DNA of 64,000 bases from Scenedesmus sp. PABB004 (taxonomy: Eukaryota): positions 558,001 to 622,000 of the forward strand of contig JABVCE010000004.1 of the NCBI GenBank assembly GCA_014905635.1. Direction: 5' to 3'. Shown here one piece after another: positions 33,801 to 50,049 of this stretch (the stretch's first letter is position 1; each line of letters begins with the position of its first letter). A model generated the notes under the pieces. The model worked only from the letters and a program-made list of their open reading frames with translations, made no database searches and had not been told where the DNA came from. A program made the position numbers and the translations under genes.

Positions 33801-35973
33801 ACCGCCGCAGGTACTACGTGCTCGTTGCGTACGCCATCACGCCCCTCTTTGCGCTGCCCAACTCGTACGGCGCTGGTGAGAGCGCCCGCCCGCTGTCTCA
33901 AGGGCTTGCGGGGGCAGGGGAGGGGCGTCCTGTCAGCGCGCCGAGCGCCCCCTGACGTGGCCGCGCCGATTCGGTGCCCTCGGTGCGCGCCAGGGCTCAC
34001 CGACTGGGACAACTGCAGCATGTACGGCAAGCTGGTCCTCTTCATGTTTGCCGCCTGGGCCGGCGTGGCGGTGCGGGCGCGGCGGCCGCACAGCTCCGCC
34101 GCGGCGGCGCAGCGTAGCCCCGCGCGTGCTCGCGCGCCCCGCGCTGACCCGCCGCCGCGGCGCGCGGCGCGGCAGGGCAACGGCGTGATCGTGGGCCTCG
34201 GCATCTGCGGCGTCGTGTTTGCGGCGACCAGCAGCGCCGCGACGCTGATGGGAGACTTCAGGCGCGCGGCGGCATGCGCGCGCTTGCGTGCGCGCGTGTG
34301 TGTTTGTGTTTGCGTGGAGGGAGAGGGGGGGGGGTCTGCCGCTGCACGCCGCGCTCAGCGCTCGGCGCCGAGCGTGCGCGGCGCGTGAGCCTCGGATACG
34401 CCCCTGCCCGCAGGACTGGCTACATCTGCCTGAGTGCGCCGCGCGCGATGTTCTGCGCGCAGCTCGTCGGACAGGCACGCCGGCGCCCGCGCCGGCGCGC
34501 CGCGCCCGCGCCGTGCCGGGGCCGCACTGGCGCCGGCCCGCGCCCGCGCCGGCCCGCGCGCCGCGGCGCGCCGCGCGCTTAATGCCCCTGCCGCCGCCGC
34601 CCCGCAGCTCTTTGGTGCAGTCCTGGCTCCGGTGGCCTTCATGCTCTTTTACTCCACCGGCCAGGTCCGCACGCCCCCGCGCCGCGCGCGCGCCCGCCCG
34701 GCGGCCGCCGCGCCCACGCTGGCTGGCTGCTGCACCCTGCGCCGCCGCGGCCTGCGACATCCGCTATGCGCAGGTCAACGTGCCGGGCGGGCCCTACCCG
34801 GCGCCCTTCAGCACCATCTATCGCAGCATGGCCCTGATAGGCACACAGGCGCGGCCCCGCGCTGCTGGCACAGCTCTGCGCTGCGCGGCGCCCTGCACTG
34901 CGCGGTCCGCGCGGCGCGCCTGCGCCGACCGCGGCCGCGCCGCGGGTGCGCCACCCACCGCGCAGGGCCTAGGCGCGCTGCCGCGCTACTGCGGCAGCCT
35001 CATACTGGCCTTTTTTGTCGGCGGTGCGGCGCGCGCGGCCAGTGCGCCGGCCCGCGCCGCTGCCGGCCGCGCCGCCAGCGGGGCCGCCGCGCGCCGAAGG
35101 CTCCGCGTCACCCGCCCCGCGCGTGCCGCGCCGCCGCCCCGCGCCCGCCGCAGGCATGCTCATCTGCCTCGCGCGCGACCTGCTGCCGCCGCGCTTTTCG
35201 CGCTTTGTCCCCAGTCCAATGGCAATGGTGCGCGCGGGGCGCGGCGCGCCGCGGCGCACATCCGCGGCGCCCCCCGCCCACGTTGGCGAGGAGCCTGTCT
35301 GCGCAGGCCTGACGGGCCGCCGCCGCGCCCCGGGCTGCCGCCCCGGGCTGCCGCCCCGGGCTGCCGCCCGGACTGCCCCGCCCCAGACTGCCCCGCCCCG
35401 CTGCCGCCCCGCCCCGGGGCTGCCGCCCCGCTGCCGCCCCGCTGCCCCGCCAGGGCATTCCCTTCTACATCGGCGCCTCCTCTGCGCTCAACTTCTGGCT
35501 CGGCAGCGTGCGCGCGCGCCCCCGCGCACGCCGGCCGGCCGCGGCGGCCGAGCGCGGCGCCGGCGCAGCGACCGGCAAGTCCAACGCTCGCCGCGCCGCC
35601 GCGCCGCTGCGCCCCGCAGGTCGTCATGCACATTTGGGAGTGGGTCAACAAAGAGGCGGCCACAGAGCTCGGCCCCACCGTCGGCGCGGGTGAGCACAGC
35701 ACGCGCAGCGCGCGTCGCGCCCCGCCGCGCGCGCTCGGCGCAGCGCGGCACGCGCGGCGGCGGCGCCATCGCTCACACCCCGCGCGCCCGCTGCCGCGCG
35801 CAGGCCTGCTGGTGGGAGACGGCGTGTGGGCCATCCCCAGCAGCATCCTCGCCATCGCCCACCGCGAGCCGCCGCTGTGCCTGGGCTGGTGGGGCCGCGG
35901 CGTGGCCGGCTGCACGCTGCCCTACTGCGGCGGCGTCTGGCGCGGCGGCAGCGACCTGGTGCCCACAGCGTGA
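30810..35973 (+). CDS. YSL (Yellow Stripe-like)/OPT family transporter, many exons
   Basis: [121 protein letters not shown]. Confidence 0.92.
31030..31135 (+). repeat. Intronic tandem repeat, 3 x ~29 nt (GCGCTGCCAACCGCCTCCGCGCCG-like)
   Basis: Three near-identical copies in YSL intron 1. Confidence 0.75.
31680..31780 (+). repeat. Intronic CA-rich minisatellite, 3 x ~33 nt (CACGTCCACACACCCAGCCTCACACACA)
   Basis: Directly visible tandem copies in a YSL intron. Confidence 0.8.
35325..35450 (+). repeat. Intronic degenerate tandem repeat (CCCCGGGCTGCCG / CTGCCGCCCCG units)
   Basis: Multiple 11-14 nt units in a late YSL intron. Confidence 0.7.
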
Positions 35974-36020
35974 GCAACGGAGCCGAGCCAGAGCGCGCAG
36001 CGACTGACCGCGCTGCGTGC

Positions 36021-36025
36021 TGTAA
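36021..36025 (+). terminator. Putative TGTAA polyadenylation signal of YSL gene
   Basis: TGTAA 48 nt after the stop codon at 35973. Confidence 0.6.
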
Positions 36026-36146
36026 CGCTGCCACGTGCACGGCCGCGAGCTGCACTGGGCGGCGACCGGTCAGAGGGTGCGCGCACGTTGCCTGCCGCCC
36101 TGCCACAAGCCCGCCGCGTCGCCGCGCGCTGCCGGCCCGGCCGCGC

Positions 36147-36727
36147 CTAGTCCGCGCCGCGCGCCAGGAGGCGCTTGAGCGCCGGCAGCCCCCCGTTGGC
36201 CGCCTGGCGCGCGCCCCGGCTCAGGCTGCGGCACGACCCCAGCGTGAGCTCCTGAAGGCCAGGCAGCGCGGCCAGCAGGTCGCGCAGGCCTGCGCGGGCG
36301 GGCGGGGCGGTGCGCGTGGGCGGCGGCGCGCGAGCGCGCGTGCGGGCAAATCCGCGCGAGCCGCCGGCGGCCCGCCTGCTGCCTGCGCGCAGCTCACCAG
36401 CCTCGGTGACGCTGCTGCTCGTGAGGTCGAGGCTGGTGAGGCGCCCGCAGCCGCGCAGCGCGCGCAGCCCCGCGTCGCTCACGGCGGCGCCCGCGTTGCG
36501 CAGGACCAGCTCCACCAGCGAGTCGCCGGTCAGCTGGCCCAGCAGGACGAGCCCCGCGTCGTCCGCGAGGCCGCGCGCGCGGCTGAGGTGCACGCGCGTC
36601 AGCGCCAGCCCGCTCGGCAGCGCCGCCGCCGCCGCGCCCTCCGCGCCCTCCGCGCCGCCGCCGCCTGCCGCCCCGCCCTCTGCCGCGCGCGGCGCCGCGG
36701 CCTCCTCCGCTGCCGCTGCCGCGGGCA

Positions 36728-36758
<31 letters not shown>

Positions 36759-38686
36759 CGGCTTGAGCGCGGCGAGCTCCGCGGCGAGGCCGGCGAGGCC
36801 GTTGACCGTGACGTTGGTGCCTGACAGGTCCAGGTCAGCCAGGCCAGGCGACTTGCTGGCGAGCCACAGCAGAACGTCATCGCCCACGTTGCTGCTCCCC
36901 ATGCGAAGCAGGCCGCTCGGCAGCTGAAGCATCGCCGCTCCGACGTGCAGCGTGTGCAGGCGCGGGAAGCCGGGCAGGGCCGCCGCGCTGCGCACGCTGG
37001 CGGTCCAGCCTGCGGCCGGGGACCAACGCGCGCGGACGGGCGCGTCGCGGCGGCGGCGGCGGCGCGCTCGGCGGAGCCTCGCGCGGCGCCACGCACCATA
37101 GAAGCCGCCAAGGCCGCTGAGCTTGAGAACCTGCAGCAGCGGCATCGCGGCCTGCGCACGCGGATGCATGCGGCGCGTGTCAGCAGCGCGGAGCAGCGCG
37201 CCGCGGGCCGCTGGAGGCGCCGAGAGGCAGCCCTGCGACCCTGCACCCTGCACCTGCAGGCCTTCCAGCTGCAGCTCAATGCCGCCGCCCACCCCCGTGG
37301 CCGAGCAGCTGAGGTCCAGCTCCGTTAGCTGCGGGAACGCGGGCCCGGGCGCGCGGCGCGGCGGCGCAGCAGCCTGCGGGCTGCTGGGCCCCGGCGCCTG
37401 CGCCGCGGACGCCCCTGCGCCCTCGCTGCCGCCGGTCGGCGCTGCTGGCGGCTGCGGCCGGCTCGGCGGCGGGCAGAGCGCCCGAACCTGCGCAACGGCG
37501 GCGCCGCAGCTTGATGGGCGGCGTGCGACAGCGTGCACGGGACCGGCCTTGCACGCCCCCGCTGCGCAGGAGCCCCCAGCCACGTGCTCACCGTCCGCTT
37601 GCCAAGCATGGGACAGCTCTCGGCCACCAGCCGCGTGAGCGCCGGCCGGCCGGTCGCCGCCGCCTCGTCCAGCACCCGCCGCACCGCTGCGTCGAGCCCC
37701 GCCACGGGCGTCATGCGCACGCCAGCGAGGTGCAGCTCAACGAGCGCCGGCATCGCCAGCAGCGCGTCGGCCAGCTCCTGCGGCGCGCACGTCGGCGGTC
37801 AGGTCAGGCGGGCGCGGTCAGCTGCCGGCGGCCAGGCGGCGGCAGTCAGGCGGCGTGGCAGCGCTGCCCGCCGCGGCCTCATCACCTCGGCACGAAAGGC
37901 GGGGGCGCCGCTGATCGTGAGGCTGCGCAGCTCCGGGCAGCGCGCCGCGAGCGCCGCGAGCGTGGCCGCCGTGACCTCTGGGCCGCCGGCGCCGCCGGCA
38001 CCCCGGCCGGCCTCGTCCGCAAAGAACGTCGGGTCTTCCAGGCTCAGCTCCGCCGTGCCCGGGCACGAGAGCCGCAGGCGCGCCAGCCGCGCGAGCCGCC
38101 CCGACTCGGCCCACGCGCGCAGGCCCGCGTCGGCCGACGCCGGCACGCGGCCGCCGCCGCCCGGGCCGCCGCCGCGGCCGCGCGCCTTCTTGGCCGGCTT
38201 GGCGCTCCGGCGGGCGCGGGCCGGCAGGTGCGCCGTATCGAGCGCGGCCCACAGCTCCGGCGCCTCGGACACCGCCGCCGCCCAGGCGCTGCACACGCAC
38301 GCGAGGCGCGGCGCCGCGGGCAGCGCGCCCGCTGCGCACGCGGCGCCAAAGATCTTGGCCAGCACGGGCCGCGGCAGGTTGTCCCAGGCCGCGAGGAGCG
38401 GCGGGTCGCCAGGCGGCTGCTTCGACGGCGGCGCGCGCCCCGCCGCCCGCGTGGCCGGACCCGGCACGAGGCGCGCGCGCCGCTGCGCGAGCGTCTCCTC
38501 GCCGCCGCCGGCGTCGCTGCCGCTGCCGCCGGCGCCGTCGCTGTCGCTGGCGCTGCTGCCGCGGTAGCGGGGCGGCCGAAAGTCGCTGTCGTCGTCGCTC
38601 TCGTAGCGCGGCGCGCCGAGGATGCCGCGCTTCGTGGCGCCGCCGCCGCTGCTGCCGCCGCGCGCGCGCTGGCGTTTCGGGCCCAT
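36147..38686 (-). CDS. F-box/LRR-repeat protein
   Basis: F-box-like WDNLPRPVLAKIF...LACVCSAWAAAV..PELW..LD. LRRs CPELRSLTISG, LTELDLS, LADLDLSGTNVT, LTSLDLTSSSVT, LQELTLGSCRSL. Confidence 0.82.
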
Positions 38687-38702
38687 CGCCCGCCGTTGGC
38701 GT

Positions 38703-39023
38703 TCACCACACGCCGGCGGGGCTGTGGATGCTGGCGTACAGACGCTCCTGCTCGGGCGTCAGCACCAAGCCCTTTGCCTGCGCCTGGGCGAGCGTGACGC
38801 GGCCGACGAGCATCAGTTCGAACAGCCCGCTTCCGGTGTGGCCCTTGCGCCGCCGCTCCTCCCCGTCCAGCGTCCAGCGTCCAGCGCGCGCGTCGCTGAG
38901 GTCCTGCGTCGCCAGAGCGCCGCCGCGGGGGCTATCGTGCTGCTGCTGCGGCGGCGGCGGTGGCTGCTGCTGCTGCTGCCACGGCTGCTGCTGCGGTTGC
39001 TGCTCGGCCTTGAGCCGCTTCAT
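38703..39023 (-). CDS. Small intronless ORF (106 aa), unknown function
   Basis: ATG in gccATG context. Poly-Q/P N-terminus, then a complex segment LSDARAGRWTLDGEERRRKGHTGSGLFELMLVGRVTLAQAQAKGLVLTPEQERLYASI, with codons typical of real exons here. Confidence 0.6.
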   Translation of the reverse strand: MKRLKAEQQPQQQPWQQQQQPPPPPQQQHDSPRGGALATQDLSDARAGRWTLDGEERRRKGHTGSGLFELMLVGRVTLAQAQAKGLVLTPEQERLYASIHSPAGVW

Positions 39024-39111
39024 GGCCGGTGCCGGTCGGGTGTGTGTGATGGCGGGGGAGCGTCGCATTCGGCGCCGAGCGTCACCACACGCAGGCTTCG
39101 GCCGCCGCGCG

Positions 39112-45119
<6,008 letters not shown>

Positions 45120-45198
45120 GCCGCGCGATCGCGCGAGCTGGTGCAAGGTTTGCCGTTGCCGCAGCTCCCGTTACCCGCGCCCCCGCCGCCGCCGCGCG

Positions 45199-47397
45199 TC
45201 AGTACGCGCGGTGGTGTTGGTGCCCGCCCAGCAGCGACGTGCGCCGGCTGCCCGCCGACTTGACGCCGCCGTCGTCGTCGCCGCCGCCGCGCGCGCAGCG
45301 CCAGACCACCAGCGCGAGCGTCACAAACGCGCAGACCGCGGGCAGGCCCCACCAGCGCGCGTGCTCGTCGCGCCCCATGCAGACGAGGTCGGGGCTGAGC
45401 GTGGCCTTGAAGTGCTTGGTGATCCTGGCGGGGGCGGGGCGTGGCGGGGAGGGCAAGGGTGCGCGGGAGGGGCCGCGCAGGGCGGCGGAGGCGGGCGCGC
45501 TCAGATTGCGCGGCGCGCAGCATGCGCAGCGCGTGCACAGTGTGCGCGCACTTGTGCAGCGCGGCGACGTCCTCCACCGTCGACGCGGCGAGGCCGAGCG
45601 CGAGGCCGTGCTGCCCCGCGCCGAGCGCGGCGGCGGCCTCCTTGATTTTGAACAGCAGCAGCGCGATGCGCTGGTTGTACGGCAGCACCTGGCGGCAGGA
45701 CGGGGGCAGGCAGGGCGGGGCGCAGGGTTTAGGGAGGGGAGGAGAGGAGGGCGGGACGCAGGCCGACAGTGAGGCAGGGCGGGGCGCCATGCCCGGCGGC
45801 GGCAGCGGGCGCGGGCGGCGGCCCGGGCGACGCCCGCGCCGGCAAACGGGGCTGGCTGCGCGCGCGCGCCGTGCACGGCACGCCGCGCCTGCTCGGGCTG
45901 CAGGAAGCTCTTCACGTGCCGCAGGTGCCCGTCGGGGCGCAGGACCTCGAAGCCGCCGATGAGCGTCGCGGCGTGGGCCATGCTGCTGTTGAGGTACGCG
46001 AGCGCGAGGTTGCGCCCCGCCGCGTCGCGCTGCACAAAGCTCAGCGCGCGGCCGCTGCTCAGCGCGCCAAAGGGCGTCCCGCCGACGCTCCACAGGAAGC
46101 TCCACGCCTTGCCCGTCGCGGCGCTCCAGCTCAGCGCGCCGTCGGCGACGCCATACGCCTGCTGCAGCACCGCCGCGAGCACCGGGCGGTGGATGGCCCG
46201 CGGGTCCAGCCGCATCTGGGCGCTGAAGCAGCCAAAGAACGTGGGCACCGGCTCGCCCGACGTGCGCACGGCGACGACGTCGCCGGCGCCGAGGCCCGCC
46301 GCCTGCAGCAGCCCGTCGAGCAGCACCGGCTCTGCTGCCGGCAGGTGACGCGGCGGCGCGAGGGGCGGACGGGGGCGTGTCGGCGGGCGCGCGCGCCCGG
46401 CCGGCCCGCCGCCCGTGCGCGGCGCGGCGCGGCGGCCTGCCGTGCCGCGGCTGCTGCGCGGCGGCCCGGCGCCGCACCCCGCGTGGGCAGGTCAAAGATG
46501 AAGACCGGCAGGATCGCCGCGCCGCCGTGCTCCGTGTCCCAGTTGACGCCCGCCTCGCTCAGCAGCGCGTCCCGCCACTCGCGCAGCCAGACCTCCAGCT
46601 CGGCCAGGTCCAGGTAGTGGCTGGTCGCCATGGTCAGCCCCTTGCCGCCCGGCACGCGCGACGTGCGCGCCTTGAGCGCGCTGCGCGCGGCGCCGCGGCG
46701 GCGGCGGCGGCGGTGGGTCGGAGGAGCGCGCCGCGCGCGCGCGCGGTGCGCCGTCCGCTGCTGTGCCGCGCCGGCGCGTCCGCGCCCCAGCTGCCTGCGC
46801 GCTCACCCCGCAAACGCCGTCACGCAGTGGTCGCAGTCTGCGAGCAGCACAAAGTGCTCCGCCACGCTCACGGCCTGGCCGAGCGGCTCCGCGACCGCCG
46901 TGAGCTCGCGCTGCAGCGCCGCGACGTCGACGCGGCCGTCGCCGGGCGCGGCCGGGCGAGGGCCTCGACCATGTACACCAGGTGCACCTCCAGCGCCTTG
47001 CTGTGGCTCAGCACGCCGTGGTGCAGCGGCGGCCACACCAGGTGCTGCGGCGCGGCGGAGACCGTGGCACGCACGTCGGCGGCGCGCCGGCGCGGCCGCG
47101 CGAGCGCCGCGCGAGCCGGCGGCCGCCCGGCGCTGCGCCGCGCGGCGCGCGCCTGGCACCCCGACCACACGAGCGCGGCAAGGTCGGGCAGGATTGCGCG
47201 GTGCAGCGTGTCTTTCTTGTAGTGCTGCAGCAGCGGCGTGCTGTGCGCGAACACCTGCCCCCGGCCGCCGGGGCCCGGGCCATAAAAGGTGAGGTTGGCG
47301 GTGAGGTCGAACCAGGCGTAGCGCTTCGCCCCGACCCAGAGCGAGCCGGGGCAGGACGCGTTGCCCGCGGGGCCGGCGCTGCGGCGGCGCGTGCGCG

Positions 47398-47429
<32 letters not shown>

Positions 47430-48905
47430 CGTGGGCGGCGCGGCGCGCTCCCTTTGCCGCTCCCCGCCTGCACGCCCCGCCTGCGCCCCCCGCCCGCGCT
47501 CCCCTCGTCCCGCGCGCCGCGCGGCTCACGGGTCGTCCACGTAAGAGTAGGCGTACGGCGCGTGCGCGGGCGGGTTGAGCAGATAGATCGTCAGCGCGCC
47601 GTCGCCGTGGGCGTAGTCGTCGGCGATGACCGCGTCGACCGCGGCCGCGGGGACGAGGTGCAGCGGGTAGGGCGCGTACGCGCTGCTCGCTGCGGGGGGG
47701 GGGGGGGGGCACGGGCGCGCACGCACGCGCGGGCGGCGGCGGCGGCGGCGCGGTCGGCGCGGTCGGCGCGGCGCGGCGCTGCGCGGGTGCGGGCGTCGGT
47801 GCGGGCGCGCGGCGCGGCGGCTGACGCGCGGCGCGCACTCGTGCCGGCGTTGATGGCCTGGTTTATCGCGCCCGCCACGCGCGGCGCGAGCTCGTAGTAC
47901 GCCGGCTGCACGCGGAACTGGACCTCCGGCTTCACCGCCTGCGCAGCGAGAGGCGCGCGGCGCGCGGCGCGGCGGGGGCGGCGGCTCGCTGCGCCGCTGG
48001 GGTCCGCCGCTCCGCCGCGCGCCCGCGGCGCCGGCGCCGGCGCACCATGTAGCTGGGCGCCGGGTGCAGCGCGACCGTTTCGAGCTGGTTGTGCAGCGAC
48101 TTGAGGAACGCCTGCAGCTCGTGGTCCGCAAGGTGCAGCGCCATGTTGCTGCGCGCGCGGCCGCGGCGCGGGCGGGCGCGCGCGCGCGCGGCGTCAGGGG
48201 CAGCGCGCGCGCGCGCGGGCGGGCGGGCGCGGGCGGGCGGGCGGGCGGGCGGGCAGGCCGCCGCTGCTGGCTGGCCCCGCGCCGCACCCGTCGCCGGCAA
48301 AGCCGACGAGCTTGACGTCGACGGTGATCGGCACCGCGAGCTCCGTCAGCGCCTGCCGCCCGCACGGCGGGGGCCCCGTGAGCGGCGGCGCGGCGACGCG
48401 GCGGCCCCACGCCGCGCGGGCGTCGCAGCAGCGGGTGCGGCGGCGCGGGCGGCGCGGCCGCACCGCGAGCGTGTCGTTGATGGTGTAGCCGAGGTCGTGC
48501 GACCATGCCACGCGCTGCGCGTCGCTGAGCTCGCCCAGGTAGTCGACGCCCAGCGGCATCCCGCCCGCCCACTGCGCCCGCGGTGCACCCACGCAGGGGC
48601 GCGCGGTCGGCGGCCGGCGGCCGGGCGGCGCCGGCGCCGCCGCTGCCGCTGCGCTGCGCCGCGCTGCGCTGCGCTCGGCCGCGCACCCGCTTTATGTGCT
48701 CCCTCATGCCGCGGTTGACCTGCACGTGCCCGCCGCGCGCGCCCGGCGCCAGCGCGAGCGCGAGCGCCGCCAGCAGCAGCGGCGCGAGCCAACCGCTGCA
48801 CCGCCGCCGCCGCCGGCCGCCGCTGCTGCTTCTGCGACGCTCTGCGTGGTGAGCTGGCAGCTCCGGCGCCCGATCCAGGGCGCAGGGGTCCGGCTGCTGC
48901 GCCAT
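45199..48905 (-). CDS. Type-I membrane protein of the KNS3/At3g28720-like family
   Basis: Signal-like LAPLLLAALALALA; VDVKLVGFAGDG; IYLLNP; LWVGAKRYAWFDLTA...YGP; ILPVFIFDL; WSVGGTPFG.LS..LSFVQRDAA.RN; C-terminal TM segment and short tail. Family match is from memory. Indel near 46955. Confidence 0.65.
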
Positions 48906-49182
48906 CCCGCGAGACCGGGGCCGGGACGGCAGTGATGGGCTCTTCTACGCGCCCATGGCCACGCGCCGTTCACCGTCGGGCTGTCCCGGTCGTGGGTCGA
49001 CGGATCGGCGTTCTCAGCTCAGCCCCGCGGGGACTGAGCACGTCACTGCGCCGCTGAACCACGCCGCGTCGCTGCCGCCGCGCCGGACGGCCCGGCGCCG
49101 CGCTCGATCGCGCCCCCCACACTCCAGCTCGCCCTCAAGCCGCGCCCCGCTGCTCCCGTCCGAGCGCCTGAGGGCGCGCTCG

Positions 49183-49794
49183 ATGGACAGCGCGCCGCCG
49201 GCGCAGCAGCAGCAGCAGGACGCGCCGCCGCCGCCGCCGCCGCGCCGAGGACGACGTGGCCGCCGCGCTGACGGCGTCGCTCCGCGGGCTGGTCTCCAAG
49301 CCCGACCTGTACCTCATCAGGGCGGCGCAGGCCAGCACGTGAGCGGGGCGCGGCGCCGCGGCCGCGGCCCGCCCGCCGCTGCTGCTCCCGCCGTGCACGC
49401 AGCCAGCGGCCGAGCCCCCGCCGCCGCCGCGCGCGCTACGCCGCGCGCGCAGGCTGCGGCAGCTCAAGAGCGCGCGCACGCTGCTGCGGGACTTCAACGC
49501 CGCGGCGCGGCACCAGCTCGAGGCGCAGGTCGCGGCGAGCGAGGCGGCGGTGGGGCAGCTCGGCGCGATTCGGGAGGACCTGGACGCGACCTACGCCGCC
49601 ATCCGGTGAGGCTCGACTTGGCAGCTGGCTGCGCGTCGCTGCGCGGCGTGCCGCTCCCTGCACGCGGCGTGCCGCTCCCTGCACGCGGCGCCGACGCGCC
49701 CGCGGCGCCGCGCAGGGCGCTGAAGCGGCAGCTGGAGCAGGACCGCCAGGAGCTGTACGCGCAGCTGCAGGCGGCGCTGGCGGCGCAGGAGTGA
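49183..49794 (+). CDS. KXD1: KxDL-motif protein (BORC/BLOC-1-associated KXD1-like)
   Basis: AAQAST|LRQLKSARTLLRDFN...IREDLDATYAAIR|ALKRQL..QELY matches the KXD1 'KxDLd.if.rIR.LK.kl' pattern. Indel in the (CCG)n run near 49240. Confidence 0.65.
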   Translation: MDSAPPAQQQQQDAPPPPPPRRGRRGRRADGVAPRAGLQARPVPHQGGAGQHVSGARRRGRGPPAAAAPAVHAASGRAPAAAARATPRAQAAAAQERAHAAAGLQRRGAAPARGAGRGERGGGGAARRDSGGPGRDLRRHPVRLDLAAGCASLRGVPLPARGVPLPARGADAPAAPRRALKRQLEQDRQELYAQLQAALAAQE

Positions 49795-49915
49795 GCGACG
49801 TTACCGTCGAGCGCGCACGCGGCGCAGCTGCAAATGCTGCAGATGCTGCACGCAGGGCCGTTCGTTGTTGGGGCCGGCGCTCGCGCGAGCAAGGCAACAC
49901 AGCCCCACCCGGCGC

Positions 49916-50013
49916 TCAGGTCAGGCTCTCCGTGGGCGCCGCCGACGTGCCGCGCTGCCGCGGCGGCGCCGCTGGCGGCGGCGCGCCCGTCCACGCTGGC
50001 GGCGGCGCGCCCG

Positions 50014-50049
<36 letters not shown>

